This document shows, piece after piece, positions 36,286 through 46,153 of a stretch of 64,000 bases of DNA (position 1 is the first letter of the stretch; each line of letters starts with the position of its first letter). Under the pieces are notes generated by a model. That model saw only the letters and a list, made by a program, of their open reading frames with translations. It ran no database searches and was not told the origin of the DNA. The DNA is from an uncultured Candidatus Saccharibacteria bacterium (GTDB lineage: Bacteria; Patescibacteriota; Minisyncoccia; Phycocordibacterales; EsbW-18), in assembly GCA_964447415.1 (NCBI GenBank), contig CAYUSN010000003.1, forward strand, positions 5,418-69,417, written 5' to 3'. The position numbers and the translations under genes were made by a program.

Positions 36286-36480
36286 AAAAATCCGAAATCC
36301 GAATATCAAAATCCGAGACAATATCGAATGTGTAAAACATTAGAATTTTTAATTTGTTTCGGGCTTTGTTTTTCGATATTCGTTTTTTCATCCATATACG
36401 CCGAATCGCCCCGGGGGTTGCCCTAGGGGTTGGTGTAGAGGAGTATAGCGCACGTACAGCACTTCTAAAAGCGGGAAAAG

Positions 36481-36512
36481 AAAAAGCGGCGGGCCGAGAC
36501 CGCCGCTTTTTG
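36481..36512. terminator. Bidirectional rho-independent terminator between the GNAT gene and uvrA
   Basis: AAAAAGCGGCGG-gccgagac-CGCCGCTTTTTG. Confidence 0.65.
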
Positions 36513-36514
36513 AG

Positions 36515-37081
36515 TTACACCGCGTTGTACGCACGCCACTTCGCCGCGAAATCTTTCTTCGTGAGCACAAAGAGGATTTCGTCGTGGTACTTCCCTTCAC
36601 GGAAGAACCACTTCGGGTACACACCGACTTGGCGGTACCCTTGCTTGAGAAGCGCCTTGTGGCTCCGTACGTTGTACGCGATGACCGAGGAACGGATGGC
36701 ACGGAGGTTCATACGGTGAAACGCGAAGAAAAGCAGTTGCATCTTCGCGTCCGTCCCATACCCCTTCCCCCAGTACTGCTTCTCCCCGATCATCGCGCCC
36801 GTGAGCGCAGTGCGGTTTATCCAGTTGATGCGATGAAGACCGACGGACCCGATGGGCACACCTTCCAAGGTCTCGATGACCAGAAAGATATCCTCCTCGC
36901 TCTGGGACAGGCGATCGAGGGATGCCGTTTCCATCGGTTCCGTCATGGGATGCCACATCGTGAGAAAGCGCGTGAGCTCCGGATCGTTGACCCAACGGAG
37001 CATGAGCGGAAGATCCGTATCTTTTTGATACGGGCGCAGGATGACCTTCTTCCCGCGCAGGAACACCGGTTTGTTTTCCAT
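36515..37081 (-). CDS. GNAT family N-acetyltransferase (RimJ/RimL-like)
   Basis: 188 aa with a ...GYRQVG acetyl-CoA-binding region and EKQYWGKGYGTDA. Confidence 0.7.
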   Translation of the reverse strand: MENKPVFLRGKKVILRPYQKDTDLPLMLRWVNDPELTRFLTMWHPMTEPMETASLDRLSQSEEDIFLVIETLEGVPIGSVGLHRINWINRTALTGAMIGEKQYWGKGYGTDAKMQLLFFAFHRMNLRAIRSSVIAYNVRSHKALLKQGYRQVGVYPKWFFREGKYHDEILFVLTKKDFAAKWRAYNAV

Positions 37082-37120
37082 CTGATTCCCCTTTCATTTT
37101 TTGGTTGTGAAAGAACACGC

Positions 37121-37156
37121 TAAACAAAAATCTCGGCTTTTGTTCAGCCGAGATTT
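37121..37156 (-). terminator. Rho-independent terminator about 130 nt downstream of the uvrB stop
   Basis: Minus strand: AAATCTCGGCT-gaacaaa-AGCCGAGATTTTTGTTT. Confidence 0.6.
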
Positions 37157-37289
37157 CTCATTACGTAACTGAAGAGAAATAAGCACTCACGGCCGAACAC
37201 AAGGAAAAACGCCCCACACGCCCATTGAGAGCGCGCAGAAGTGTTTATCGATATTCGGCTGTGTGTATGCTGTATGCATAACAGACTGA

Positions 37290-39377
37290 TTATGACTTCC
37301 TTCTTTTTTTTGTCAATGTTGGTGCGCGTACAGCTTTTTTCTTTGCAATACCAAGCACTTTCTCAATCTCCGCAATTTCGTCGCGGATGATGGCCGCGGT
37401 TTCAAAATCAAGCACCTTCACCGCATCGCTCATCTCCGCTTCTTTGCGTTTGATGAGTTTTTTCACGTCTTTCTCCCCTGCCCCGATATCCAGCGCAACC
37501 AACTCCGCGACGGTGCGGTCGTGTTCGCGCAGCATGTAATCGGTAATGTCGGAGATTTTTTTGTGAATGGTCTGCGGAGTAATGCTGTGTTTCGTGTTGT
37601 ACGCAATTTGAATCGCGCGACGTCGGTTTGTCTCACCGATTGCGCGCTCCATGGAGCCGGTCATCACATCGGCATAAAGAATAACGCATCCCAACACGTT
37701 TCGTGCGGCGCGTCCGATGGTCTGAATCAAAGACGTTTCACTGCGCAAAAACCCTTCCTTGTCGGCATCCAATATTCCGATAAGCTCCACCTCGGGCAAA
37801 TCCAGTCCTTCACGCAGGAGGTTGACCCCCACAAGCACATCAAACCCGCCACCCTTCGCGCCCTTTCTGAACTTGGTCAGCAGTTCTATACGCTCGATAG
37901 TTTTGATGTCGGAGTGCAAATACTCCGCCACAATCCCTTTCTCTTTCAGGTAGTCGGCAACATCTTCGGCCATGCGTTTCGTCAGCGTCGTCATCATCAC
38001 GCGCGCACCGCTCTCCACAACCTTTTTTGTTTCTTCAATAAAATCGTGCACCTGCCCTTTAAATGCGCCCTTCTCGGTAATGGGCCGTACGATGATTTCA
38101 GGGTCAATGAGCCCCGTCGGACGGATAATCTGCTCGACGACGCCGTCTTCCCCGCTTTCTTTCAGCTCATATTCGGCGGGTGTTGCCGATGTGTATACCG
38201 TCTGTCCCGTGCGCTGTGTAAATTCATCAAATGTGAGCGGGCGGTTATCAAACGCCGACGGCAGACGGAATCCGTACTCCACAAGGTTTTTTTTGCGTGC
38301 CTGATCGCCCGCATGCATCCCGCCGATTTGCGGCAATGTGACATGCGATTCATCAATCACTGTGAGAAAGTCAGGTGTGCCATCTTTCTTTTTCGGAAAA
38401 TACTCCAAAAGTGAGAACGGCGGCTCACCGGGTGCACGGCCGTCGAAGTGCCGTGAATAGTTTTCAATGCCGTTGACATACCCCACCTCGCGAATCATCG
38501 CCAGATCGTAGTTTGTCCTGCGTTTCAGGCGCTCCGCCTCAAGTGGTTTTCCTTCCGCTTCAAGTTTCTTCAAATGCACCGAAAGCTCCTCTTTGATGGT
38601 TCCAATTGCACGCTCAATGCTTTTTTTGTCGGAAACGAAATGTTTTGCGGGAAACACAAAGATATGTTCAGCACTCTCGCGGATAGTGCGCGACGTTGCG
38701 TCAATAGCATCAATTCCCGAGACCATATCGCCTTCCAAATCAATCCGATACACGATTTTCTCGTTCACCGGCATAATCTCAACTGTATTGCCGATGGCGC
38801 GGAACGTTCCCGGGGAGAGGTCGCCGGTAGTGCGTTCAAAATAAATACCGACGAGTGCACGAATAAGGTCTGTGCGCGGATACGACTGTCCTTTTTCAAT
38901 TTTTAAATGCACTTTTTCATACTCCTCCGGTCGCCCGAGGTTGTAGATGCATGACACCGATGCCACTACAATCACATCCTCTCGTGTGAGAAGTGCTTGT
39001 GTTGCGGCGTGACGCAAACGGTCAATCTCTTCGTTGATTTGTGTTTCCTTTTCAACGTACGTATCGGTCACCGCAACGTACGCTTCCGGTTGATAGTAGT
39101 CGTAGTATGAAACAAAATAATGCACCGCGTTGTTCGGAAAAAAGTCGCGGTATTCCTGCGCCAGCTGCGCCGCAAGCGTTTTGTTGTGCGCAATCACCAG
39201 TGTCGGTTTGCCTGTTTGCGCTATGACATTTGCCATCGTAAAGGTCTTGCCGGATCCTGTAACGCCTAAGAGCGTCTGATGTCGTTTTCCCTTCTCCAGA
39301 CCCGCTACGAGCCCGGAAATGGCCTTCGGCTGGTCTCCTGCGGGTTTAAATGCGCTGTGTAAGTCAAAAGTTGCCAT
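37290..39377 (-). CDS. uvrB: Excinuclease ABC subunit B
   Basis: GVTGSGKTFT Walker A, DESH helicase motifs and C-terminal UVR domain. Confidence 0.92.
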   Translation of the reverse strand: MATFDLHSAFKPAGDQPKAISGLVAGLEKGKRHQTLLGVTGSGKTFTMANVIAQTGKPTLVIAHNKTLAAQLAQEYRDFFPNNAVHYFVSYYDYYQPEAYVAVTDTYVEKETQINEEIDRLRHAATQALLTREDVIVVASVSCIYNLGRPEEYEKVHLKIEKGQSYPRTDLIRALVGIYFERTTGDLSPGTFRAIGNTVEIMPVNEKIVYRIDLEGDMVSGIDAIDATSRTIRESAEHIFVFPAKHFVSDKKSIERAIGTIKEELSVHLKKLEAEGKPLEAERLKRRTNYDLAMIREVGYVNGIENYSRHFDGRAPGEPPFSLLEYFPKKKDGTPDFLTVIDESHVTLPQIGGMHAGDQARKKNLVEYGFRLPSAFDNRPLTFDEFTQRTGQTVYTSATPAEYELKESGEDGVVEQIIRPTGLIDPEIIVRPITEKGAFKGQVHDFIEETKKVVESGARVMMTTLTKRMAEDVADYLKEKGIVAEYLHSDIKTIERIELLTKFRKGAKGGGFDVLVGVNLLREGLDLPEVELIGILDADKEGFLRSETSLIQTIGRAARNVLGCVILYADVMTGSMERAIGETNRRRAIQIAYNTKHSITPQTIHKKISDITDYMLREHDRTVAELVALDIGAGEKDVKKLIKRKEAEMSDAVKVLDFETAAIIRDEIAEIEKVLGIAKKKAVRAPTLTKKRRKS

Positions 39378-39384
39378 AGTCGTA

Positions 39385-40638
39385 CTATATCGTTTTTCGG
39401 CGTCTCATGAGGTGGTAGAGCCATTTCCAGGCCACCTGGATCTTCAGGTCCCACCGCACCACCGAGAATACATAAATGAGGTGTGTCACATGCCACGCTA
39501 AAAACCCCGAGAACTTGAAACCGAATACTTCGGCAAGTCCGTAGTGTTTTCCTATCGGCATCAGAAACCCGCTCGGCTTCGTTTCAAACGGCACAAGCGG
39601 CTCTCCGCGCAACAGCCGCAGAATGTTTTTCGCCGCATGACGTCCTTCGCGAACCGCAAACTGCGCCTGCATGCCGTATGTGCCGCCGTTTTTTTTCGGA
39701 ACACTCGCCGCATCGCCGACAACAAAAATATTCTGATACTCGGCAAGATGCAGCTCGGGCACCACCGTCATTCGCCCGCGTGTATCGTGTAGCAGCGGTT
39801 TTTGTGCGCTAGTCGCGACAGGCGCGCCCACGACCCCTCCCGTCCAAATAACGGTGCGTGATGCAATGAATCCTCTGTTGGTTTGTACTCCCTCATCTGA
39901 CACGGCAATTGTGTGCGTGCCGAACAGCATCTCAACACACGGAAGTTTCTCCAGACGCTTGTATGCTTCCTCGCCGAACCACGGATGTCCGCCAAGAGAG
40001 ATATCTTCTTTGTTGTTAATAAGAACGACCCGTGCAGAACTGCCCAGCCTCGGGTATTGCCGCGCTATTTCGTTTGAAAAAAGATTTGAAAGTTCTCCGG
40101 TAAGCTCAATACCCGTCACACCCGCGCCGAGGCAGACAAAAGTGAGCAATTTTTTCCTTTCTTCGGCATCATCGGTTTTCTGCGCTTCGGCAAACCGCTT
40201 GAAGATAGTCTCGCGTACGGCTTGTGCATCAGAAAGCGTCCGAAGATGCAGTAGGTGTTCCGTTGCGCCCGGCACATCCGGCACCGACGGCACTGAACCA
40301 GTGGCAACCACAAGGTAATCAAACCAAAGTACGCTGTGTTCCCCCGCACGATTAATAAGTATTTCCCGCTTGTTTGCATCAACAGACACAGCCCGGCCGA
40401 ATACGAGTTCGTGTGCGGGACAGTCGATGTATTCTTCAAGCGGCCATGAGACAACACTGCTTGGGAGCGCGGCTGTCGCCACCTCGTGAATAAGCGGTAT
40501 GTGTGTGAACTGCAGGTCGTCGGAGATAAGCACAATATCAAACTCGCGCCCGCAGTGCGGACGCAGTGCCCGATACACTGAAATGCCCGCAAATCCTCCG
40601 CCGATAATAACGATTCGTTTTTTCGAAGCCGTTTCCAT
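39385..40638 (-). CDS. ndh: Type II NADH:quinone oxidoreductase / FAD-dependent pyridine nucleotide-disulfide oxidoreductase
   Basis: Two GxGxxG dinucleotide folds (IVIIGGGFAG and VCLGAGVTGIE); C-terminal membrane-association region. Confidence 0.75.
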   Translation of the reverse strand: METASKKRIVIIGGGFAGISVYRALRPHCGREFDIVLISDDLQFTHIPLIHEVATAALPSSVVSWPLEEYIDCPAHELVFGRAVSVDANKREILINRAGEHSVLWFDYLVVATGSVPSVPDVPGATEHLLHLRTLSDAQAVRETIFKRFAEAQKTDDAEERKKLLTFVCLGAGVTGIELTGELSNLFSNEIARQYPRLGSSARVVLINNKEDISLGGHPWFGEEAYKRLEKLPCVEMLFGTHTIAVSDEGVQTNRGFIASRTVIWTGGVVGAPVATSAQKPLLHDTRGRMTVVPELHLAEYQNIFVVGDAASVPKKNGGTYGMQAQFAVREGRHAAKNILRLLRGEPLVPFETKPSGFLMPIGKHYGLAEVFGFKFSGFLAWHVTHLIYVFSVVRWDLKIQVAWKWLYHLMRRRKTI

Positions 40639-40764
40639 GCACCATATGATACCAAAAAACGGCTTAAACAAAAGGCATTTCAGGATAGATAAAGTTTTTA
40701 TAAAATGAAATATAAAAAATATAGACAGCAGGAAGAGATTTGTGGTATAGAATTTGCAACGACT

Positions 40765-41439
40765 ATGAGGATATTGGCCGTAGAAGATGAGCCTTTAATC
40801 CGATCCGTCATTCAGTCGACGCTTCAAGACGAGCGTTTTGCGGTTGATACCGCTTCTGATGGTGATGAGGGTGCTTATTTGGCGAAAACGAACGACTACG
40901 ACCTCATTATCCTCGACAACGTGTTACCGAAAAAAGACGGGTTAACCATTTGTAAGGAAATCCGCGCGTGCGGAAAAACCACCCCTATTCTGTCGCTCTC
41001 CGTACAAGGAGATACGGGAAGAAAAGTACAACTTCTCGAAGCGGGTGTTGATGACTATCTCACCAAACCTTTTTGCATCGATGAGCTCATCGCGCGCGTC
41101 CGCGCGCTCTTACGCCGACCGAAAACGTTTACTGAGGATATTCTGCAAATTGACGACCTTGTACTTGATGCAAAACGCCACACAGTTGCGCGCGACGGAA
41201 AAGAAATACGACTTACACGAAAAGAGTTCATGCTCCTACACTATCTTATGCAACATGAGTCATGTGTCGTAACGCGAGCAATGATACTTGAACATGTATG
41301 GGAAAAAGACATTGACCCGTTTTCAAATACGATTGAGGCACACATTCTGACGTTGCGAAAAAAAATTGAGCACCCGAAAAAGCGAAAACTTATCCACACC
41401 GTTCCCGGACAGGGCTATAAGATAGCGGCACTCACATGA
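40765..41439 (+). CDS. OmpR-family response regulator
   Basis: Receiver domain (MRILAVEDE...DLIILD) and winged-helix trans_reg_C domain (HTVPGQGYKI). Confidence 0.85.
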   Translation: MRILAVEDEPLIRSVIQSTLQDERFAVDTASDGDEGAYLAKTNDYDLIILDNVLPKKDGLTICKEIRACGKTTPILSLSVQGDTGRKVQLLEAGVDDYLTKPFCIDELIARVRALLRRPKTFTEDILQIDDLVLDAKRHTVARDGKEIRLTRKEFMLLHYLMQHESCVVTRAMILEHVWEKDIDPFSNTIEAHILTLRKKIEHPKKRKLIHTVPGQGYKIAALT

Positions 41440-42194
41440 GCACAGGGACTGGAAGCGGCGCGCGGCGCCGTTTTTTACAAAAGAAAACGTCATACGCGGC
41501 ACAACGCGCAAATGAAGAGGTCGTGCGTATTTTTACCGACATCGCACACGCACTGCAAACACCGCTCACCTGCCTCATGGGAGAGTTATCGGCACTTGAG
41601 CGCCATACCCCGCGTGACGCCGCCGACCACATCCGGCACTGTGAACGAATCACCCAGAACATGTCCGCGCTCATTCACAACGCACTCTATATCTCCCGCC
41701 TCGAACAATCTGAGTTCGAGGCTTTTATGACAGACGTGTCGCTCTCCGATTTGCTCGGGGATATCATCGAATACATCACCACACTTACTTCCCAACGACG
41801 TATCGCACTTTCGTCCTCGGTACAAGATAACGTATGGGTGCGCGGTGTACCGGACAAGCTTGAGGAGCTCATCATCGCGGTTCTTTCCAACTCAATTAAG
41901 TACTGCAAACCGCGCGGAAAACGCGTCATTGACGTCTCACTCCACGCAAATAACACCTCAGCCGTTATCCACATCCAGGATAACGGCATCGGCATTGCCA
42001 CCGAAGATATGCCGCATATTTTTAACCGGTTTTACAGAACACCAAACGCGGCACAACAGTCCGAGCGAGGCACCGGTTTAGGGCTTGCGATTGCAAAAAA
42101 AATCGCCGACAAACATTCGGTGACCATCGACGTTGAAAGTACTCTCGGAAAAGGAACGGGGGTTCGCATCATCTTTCCGCTTAAAAAAAGCTAA
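41436..42194 (+). CDS. Cytoplasmic sensor histidine kinase (HisKA + HATPase_c, no TM or sensor domain)
   Basis: H-box DIAHALQTPL and G-boxes DNGIGI / GTGLGLAI; overlaps the regulator stop. Confidence 0.8.
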   Translation: MSTGTGSGARRRFLQKKTSYAAQRANEEVVRIFTDIAHALQTPLTCLMGELSALERHTPRDAADHIRHCERITQNMSALIHNALYISRLEQSEFEAFMTDVSLSDLLGDIIEYITTLTSQRRIALSSSVQDNVWVRGVPDKLEELIIAVLSNSIKYCKPRGKRVIDVSLHANNTSAVIHIQDNGIGIATEDMPHIFNRFYRTPNAAQQSERGTGLGLAIAKKIADKHSVTIDVESTLGKGTGVRIIFPLKKS

Positions 42195-42871
42195 CGCTTC
42201 TGCATCTCGTCGGAATCGATGATGCCGTCTTCCATGTGGATGACACGCTGCGCGTACACGGAGTATTCGGGCTCGTGGGTCACCATCACAATCGTCTGTC
42301 CGTCATTGTGGAGACCTTTAAGCACCTTCATAACACTGTCGCCGGACACCGAGTCGAGGTTGGCGGTCGGTTCATCAGCAAAGAGAATGTCGGGATCAAG
42401 CGCAACTGCACGCGCAATGGAAACCCGTTGTTGTTCGCCTCCTGAAAGTTGGGAAGGTCGGTGTTCATGCACATGCTCAAGACCGACGGCATCGAGCGCC
42501 TCGTGTGCCTTGCGTGCGGCCTCCGTGCGCGTCATGCCGCGCATCAGAAGCGGAACCATGACGTTGTCCTCGGCGGTAAGGTCGGGCAGGAGTGCGTAGT
42601 CCTGAAACACATACCCGAGTTTGTGGAGACGAAAGTCGGTGCGTTCCTGCTCGGTAAACACCTCGGTGGGGATACCGTCCAGCGCAATCGTTCCTTCCGT
42701 CGGCGTATCCAGCAAACTCATCTGATACATGAGCGTTGACTTCCCCGCCCCCGATTTTCCCATAATGGCGACAAACTGTCCTTCGGGAATGTGCAGATCA
42801 ATACCGCGAAGCACCCGTGTTATCACGGAACCGCTTTTGAAATTTTTTATAAGATTTTTAACTTCAATCAT
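42191..42871 (-). CDS. ABC transporter ATP-binding protein (MacB/LolD-like)
   Basis: Walker A GKSGAGKST, LSGGEQQRVSIARA signature and Walker B ILFADEPT. Confidence 0.85.
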   Translation of the reverse strand: MIEVKNLIKNFKSGSVITRVLRGIDLHIPEGQFVAIMGKSGAGKSTLMYQMSLLDTPTEGTIALDGIPTEVFTEQERTDFRLHKLGYVFQDYALLPDLTAEDNVMVPLLMRGMTRTEAARKAHEALDAVGLEHVHEHRPSQLSGGEQQRVSIARAVALDPDILFADEPTANLDSVSGDSVMKVLKGLHNDGQTIVMVTHEPEYSVYAQRVIHMEDGIIDSDEMQKR

Positions 42872-42875
42872 AACG

Positions 42876-44135
42876 TTATCTTCCAAGGATAGAATCCAGC
42901 GTGTTTTTCTTAATAATCATCCATGCGGGTATGTAGCCGGCAATGATGGTTGAAAGAATGAGAATAACGAGCTTGAACGTGGTTGATGACAGCGGGGCAA
43001 CGAGAATACCGTCGGAGAACGGAAAATCAATCGGATACGCGTTAAACAGCGGCACCAGCGCGGCATAGATAAGCGCGAGCGCGACGGCAGAGCCGACGAG
43101 TACATAGAGCAACGATTGAAACACGTATGAAAGTTCAATGGCACCGGCGCGGATACCGATGCCCTTCAAAATACCGATATATTTTCGACGTGTAATGGCG
43201 TTGACGAACACAACGATGAAAATAGTGATGGACGACACCACAAGGCTGATGGAGCTGATGGCATTACCGAGCATCGTCATCGTCTCGATCATGTCGATAA
43301 GAAACTGCGGCAACCCTTCGCGCGACAGCCGAACAACCGCTGAACCGTCAACACCGTTATCAAGCAAAGCCTGTTTGACCCCCGGTGCCCGTGCAACATC
43401 GTCTGCGCGCACGGCAATTTCGTTGACGTTAAGATTCGTGCGTTTTGCAAGACGAATAAACTCGCTCTCCGGCAAAAACACCCGCATGGAAACCTGATCA
43501 ACTTTTGTGTCGACGATACCTTTGACCACGTATTCTTTTGTCGCATCACCGACGGTAAGTCGGATACGCGAACCGATGCCCACATTTGAAAGCGTCGGAA
43601 ATCCGTATTCGTCCCCCTGCCCCAGCGGAGAATATTGCTCAAGGTTCATAGAACCGAGCATGACGTAATTTGTATCGTCGGAAGAAATATACTCGCCCTC
43701 AATAATTTTTTCGGAGAGGTTTGTGACCGAGTCCTCGATTTCAGGATTGATGCCTGCGACCGTCGTGCGAACCATGTCCCGCAAAGCGTTCGGATCACGG
43801 CGCTCCCGGTAATTTGCCTCAAGCGTTACCGCCTCCGTGTAGCGCGCCGTATACCCGCTAATGCCCGGAAGCGTATCGAGCGTCGCGATAATGCTTCGGC
43901 TTCCTTCAATGTCATCTTCGCCGACTTTTGTCGTAAGAAACACATCACCCGTATACTGATCACTGTATGCCTTTACCGAACCTTCAATAATGCCGACAAG
44001 AATGCCGGACACGACAACAAGGTTAAGAAACGTCAGCATCATCACGAAGATGATGAGCCCCGTGGTCCAGATGCTCGCGTGGCGCACCTGGCGCACCCCG
44101 AGCAAAAAACCGACCCGTATGGTGTCTTTCCACAT
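42876..44135 (-). CDS. ABC transporter permease (FtsX/MacB-type, 4 TM with a large periplasmic loop)
   Basis: N-terminal TM, large extracytoplasmic domain, three C-terminal TM helices; operon with the ATPase. Confidence 0.75.
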   Translation of the reverse strand: MWKDTIRVGFLLGVRQVRHASIWTTGLIIFVMMLTFLNLVVVSGILVGIIEGSVKAYSDQYTGDVFLTTKVGEDDIEGSRSIIATLDTLPGISGYTARYTEAVTLEANYRERRDPNALRDMVRTTVAGINPEIEDSVTNLSEKIIEGEYISSDDTNYVMLGSMNLEQYSPLGQGDEYGFPTLSNVGIGSRIRLTVGDATKEYVVKGIVDTKVDQVSMRVFLPESEFIRLAKRTNLNVNEIAVRADDVARAPGVKQALLDNGVDGSAVVRLSREGLPQFLIDMIETMTMLGNAISSISLVVSSITIFIVVFVNAITRRKYIGILKGIGIRAGAIELSYVFQSLLYVLVGSAVALALIYAALVPLFNAYPIDFPFSDGILVAPLSSTTFKLVILILSTIIAGYIPAWMIIKKNTLDSILGR

Positions 44136-44140
44136 GAGCG

Positions 44141-45502
44141 TTAAAGCGAGATGAGAATGCGGTCGTTTTCCGAAAGTCCTGAACGCACCTCAAAGAAACC
44201 GTCCGAACTTCTCATGCCCGTTACAATATCTTTTTCCAGCGCGTCCCCGCCCGCAGAATTTTCAACAAGAACGTACTGTGTCCCGTCTTCCCGGTATTTC
44301 ACCGCACGTACCGGAACTGAGAGCGCGCCTTCCTTTTGATCGGTGGTAATGGCAACTTCAGCCGTCATACCCGAAGTAATGCGCTCATCACGCTCATTAA
44401 ACGATACCCGCGCCTCGTATACGGCCACGTTGTCCACGAGCGTTTCCGTACGGTTCACGGACACCACCGTTCCTGCAAATATTTCATCATCGCCGAATGC
44501 ATCAAGAGTGATGGAAACCGGATTGCCGACTGTTACTTTCACGCTGTCTATCTCGGGCAAATCCACTTCAATACCGAACCCGTCGTTTGAAATAAGAGAC
44601 ACTGCCGGACTGTTGACGGACACCGCTTCTCCCGGATCAACATACACGGCGCTTACGATACCGTTAAACGGCGCGGTAAGCACCCGCTGAGCAATTTGCG
44701 CCTGTATTCGCGCCACTTCCGCTTCCGCTTTCAGGAGCTCCGCCTCCGCAATTGACGATCCGTTTTGCTGCGCGCGCAGCTCCGCCCTGGCGCTGTCGTA
44801 GACGCTATAGTTTGCGGCATATGACGTTCCTTCAGTGTTCGGAAGCGTTACATACCATGTGGTGTCGTTGTATGTGGCAAGTTCGTCAGGAAAACTGACA
44901 TAGAGTCCGCGCGTCCCAAACGGCGTCGGACCTGTTTTTTCTATTTCAACCGGACCGACGGTTTCAAGGTCAAAAACCAAAAGATCAAATTTACCGGGTT
45001 GTGTTTGGCGGCGGACTCGAAATTTATATGTACCCTCAGGACCATCATACCGTCCGGTGATCCTTGGGGCTGTCTGTGTATAGGTCGAGCCCTGCGGTTT
45101 TGCAACAAGATCATCGGAAAGAAGCTCGCTCCACGCGTTATCAAGGGCAATCTGCGTGTTGGCAACCTCCGCGCGTTTAATCGCCGCATCCGCCTGCGCC
45201 GACTGCAGTTCGGCCGAGAGCGTTCCAAGCGAAAGCGACACGAGCGGCGTTCCGCGCAACACGGCGTTATTTTCGGTCACCGAAACGCTCTGAACGGTAC
45301 CTGAAACCTCAAAACCCAAATCTGCCACGACGCGCGCCTCGACGGTTCCGGAAAGTACCACCTGCTCAACAAGATCGCGTCGTTCTACGGCAATCTTCTC
45401 ATATTCCCCGTTTCCGGAACGCATAAAAACACCGATGCCGGCAATGACCAGCACCGCGCCGGCGGCAATCATCCACGTTGTGCGGGAAAATTTCATCTGC
45501 AT
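44141..45502 (-). CDS. Efflux periplasmic adaptor (HlyD/MacA-like membrane fusion protein)
   Basis: N-terminal TM, coiled-coil hairpin (LQSAQADAAIKRAE...) and beta-barrel/lipoyl-like regions; upstream of the permease. Confidence 0.7.
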   Translation of the reverse strand: MQMKFSRTTWMIAAGAVLVIAGIGVFMRSGNGEYEKIAVERRDLVEQVVLSGTVEARVVADLGFEVSGTVQSVSVTENNAVLRGTPLVSLSLGTLSAELQSAQADAAIKRAEVANTQIALDNAWSELLSDDLVAKPQGSTYTQTAPRITGRYDGPEGTYKFRVRRQTQPGKFDLLVFDLETVGPVEIEKTGPTPFGTRGLYVSFPDELATYNDTTWYVTLPNTEGTSYAANYSVYDSARAELRAQQNGSSIAEAELLKAEAEVARIQAQIAQRVLTAPFNGIVSAVYVDPGEAVSVNSPAVSLISNDGFGIEVDLPEIDSVKVTVGNPVSITLDAFGDDEIFAGTVVSVNRTETLVDNVAVYEARVSFNERDERITSGMTAEVAITTDQKEGALSVPVRAVKYREDGTQYVLVENSAGGDALEKDIVTGMRSSDGFFEVRSGLSENDRILISL

Positions 45503-45595
45503 AACGTATGTAGTATACCACACACGAAAACAGGCCGTTTTCGTATTTAATCTCGTTTCTTTTTCAGGCAGCGCTGCGGAATACGAGCGTTTTAT

Positions 45596-46147
45596 TTAAT
45601 AGGATCTAAAATGCAGCCGCTCGTGCGAATCGGACATTTTCCGGTAAAAACCGAGTTCAGGATTAATATTCTTTGAATTAAAAATTATCTGATCCATTCC
45701 TTCCCACAAAAGAAACCACGCCGCCGGCTCCAAAAAAATGATAAGAAACGACAAAAATAGGTTGCGTGTCGGATCCTCAAACATAATAAATGTAGCCGCA
45801 ATCATGCAGATAACGCCAAATACCACCATACCAATGCCAAGCGACAACACCTTCCTTTTTTCTTTTACAAGCAGTTCGTAGTGCCTCTTAAAATGCGCCG
45901 CGAGGCGTTCTTTTATGGTCGCCTCCTGTGAATCGCTTCTTTCTTTTTCCGGCACATAAAGCACCAGATCGATTCCCCCGCCGTTTTTGTCGTACGTCGC
46001 GCGTTTAATTTCCTCAAGAAAATCAACGGAAAGAGCGCGCTTTGAATACGGACGTATGTCAAAGTCCGAAAAAATATCATCGTACAACTCAAGTTTTATG
46101 TAGATTTCCTGCGGTTGAAATATCGGGCGTCGCATATTCGAGTACAC
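45596..46147 (-). CDS. Hypothetical membrane protein (183 aa), AT-rich
   Basis: Two TM helices (GIGMVVFGVICMIAATFIMF; LSFLIIFLEPAAWFLLW). Confidence 0.45.
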   Translation of the reverse strand: MYSNMRRPIFQPQEIYIKLELYDDIFSDFDIRPYSKRALSVDFLEEIKRATYDKNGGGIDLVLYVPEKERSDSQEATIKERLAAHFKRHYELLVKEKRKVLSLGIGMVVFGVICMIAATFIMFEDPTRNLFLSFLIIFLEPAAWFLLWEGMDQIIFNSKNINPELGFYRKMSDSHERLHFRSY

Positions 46148-46153
46148 TATTTT

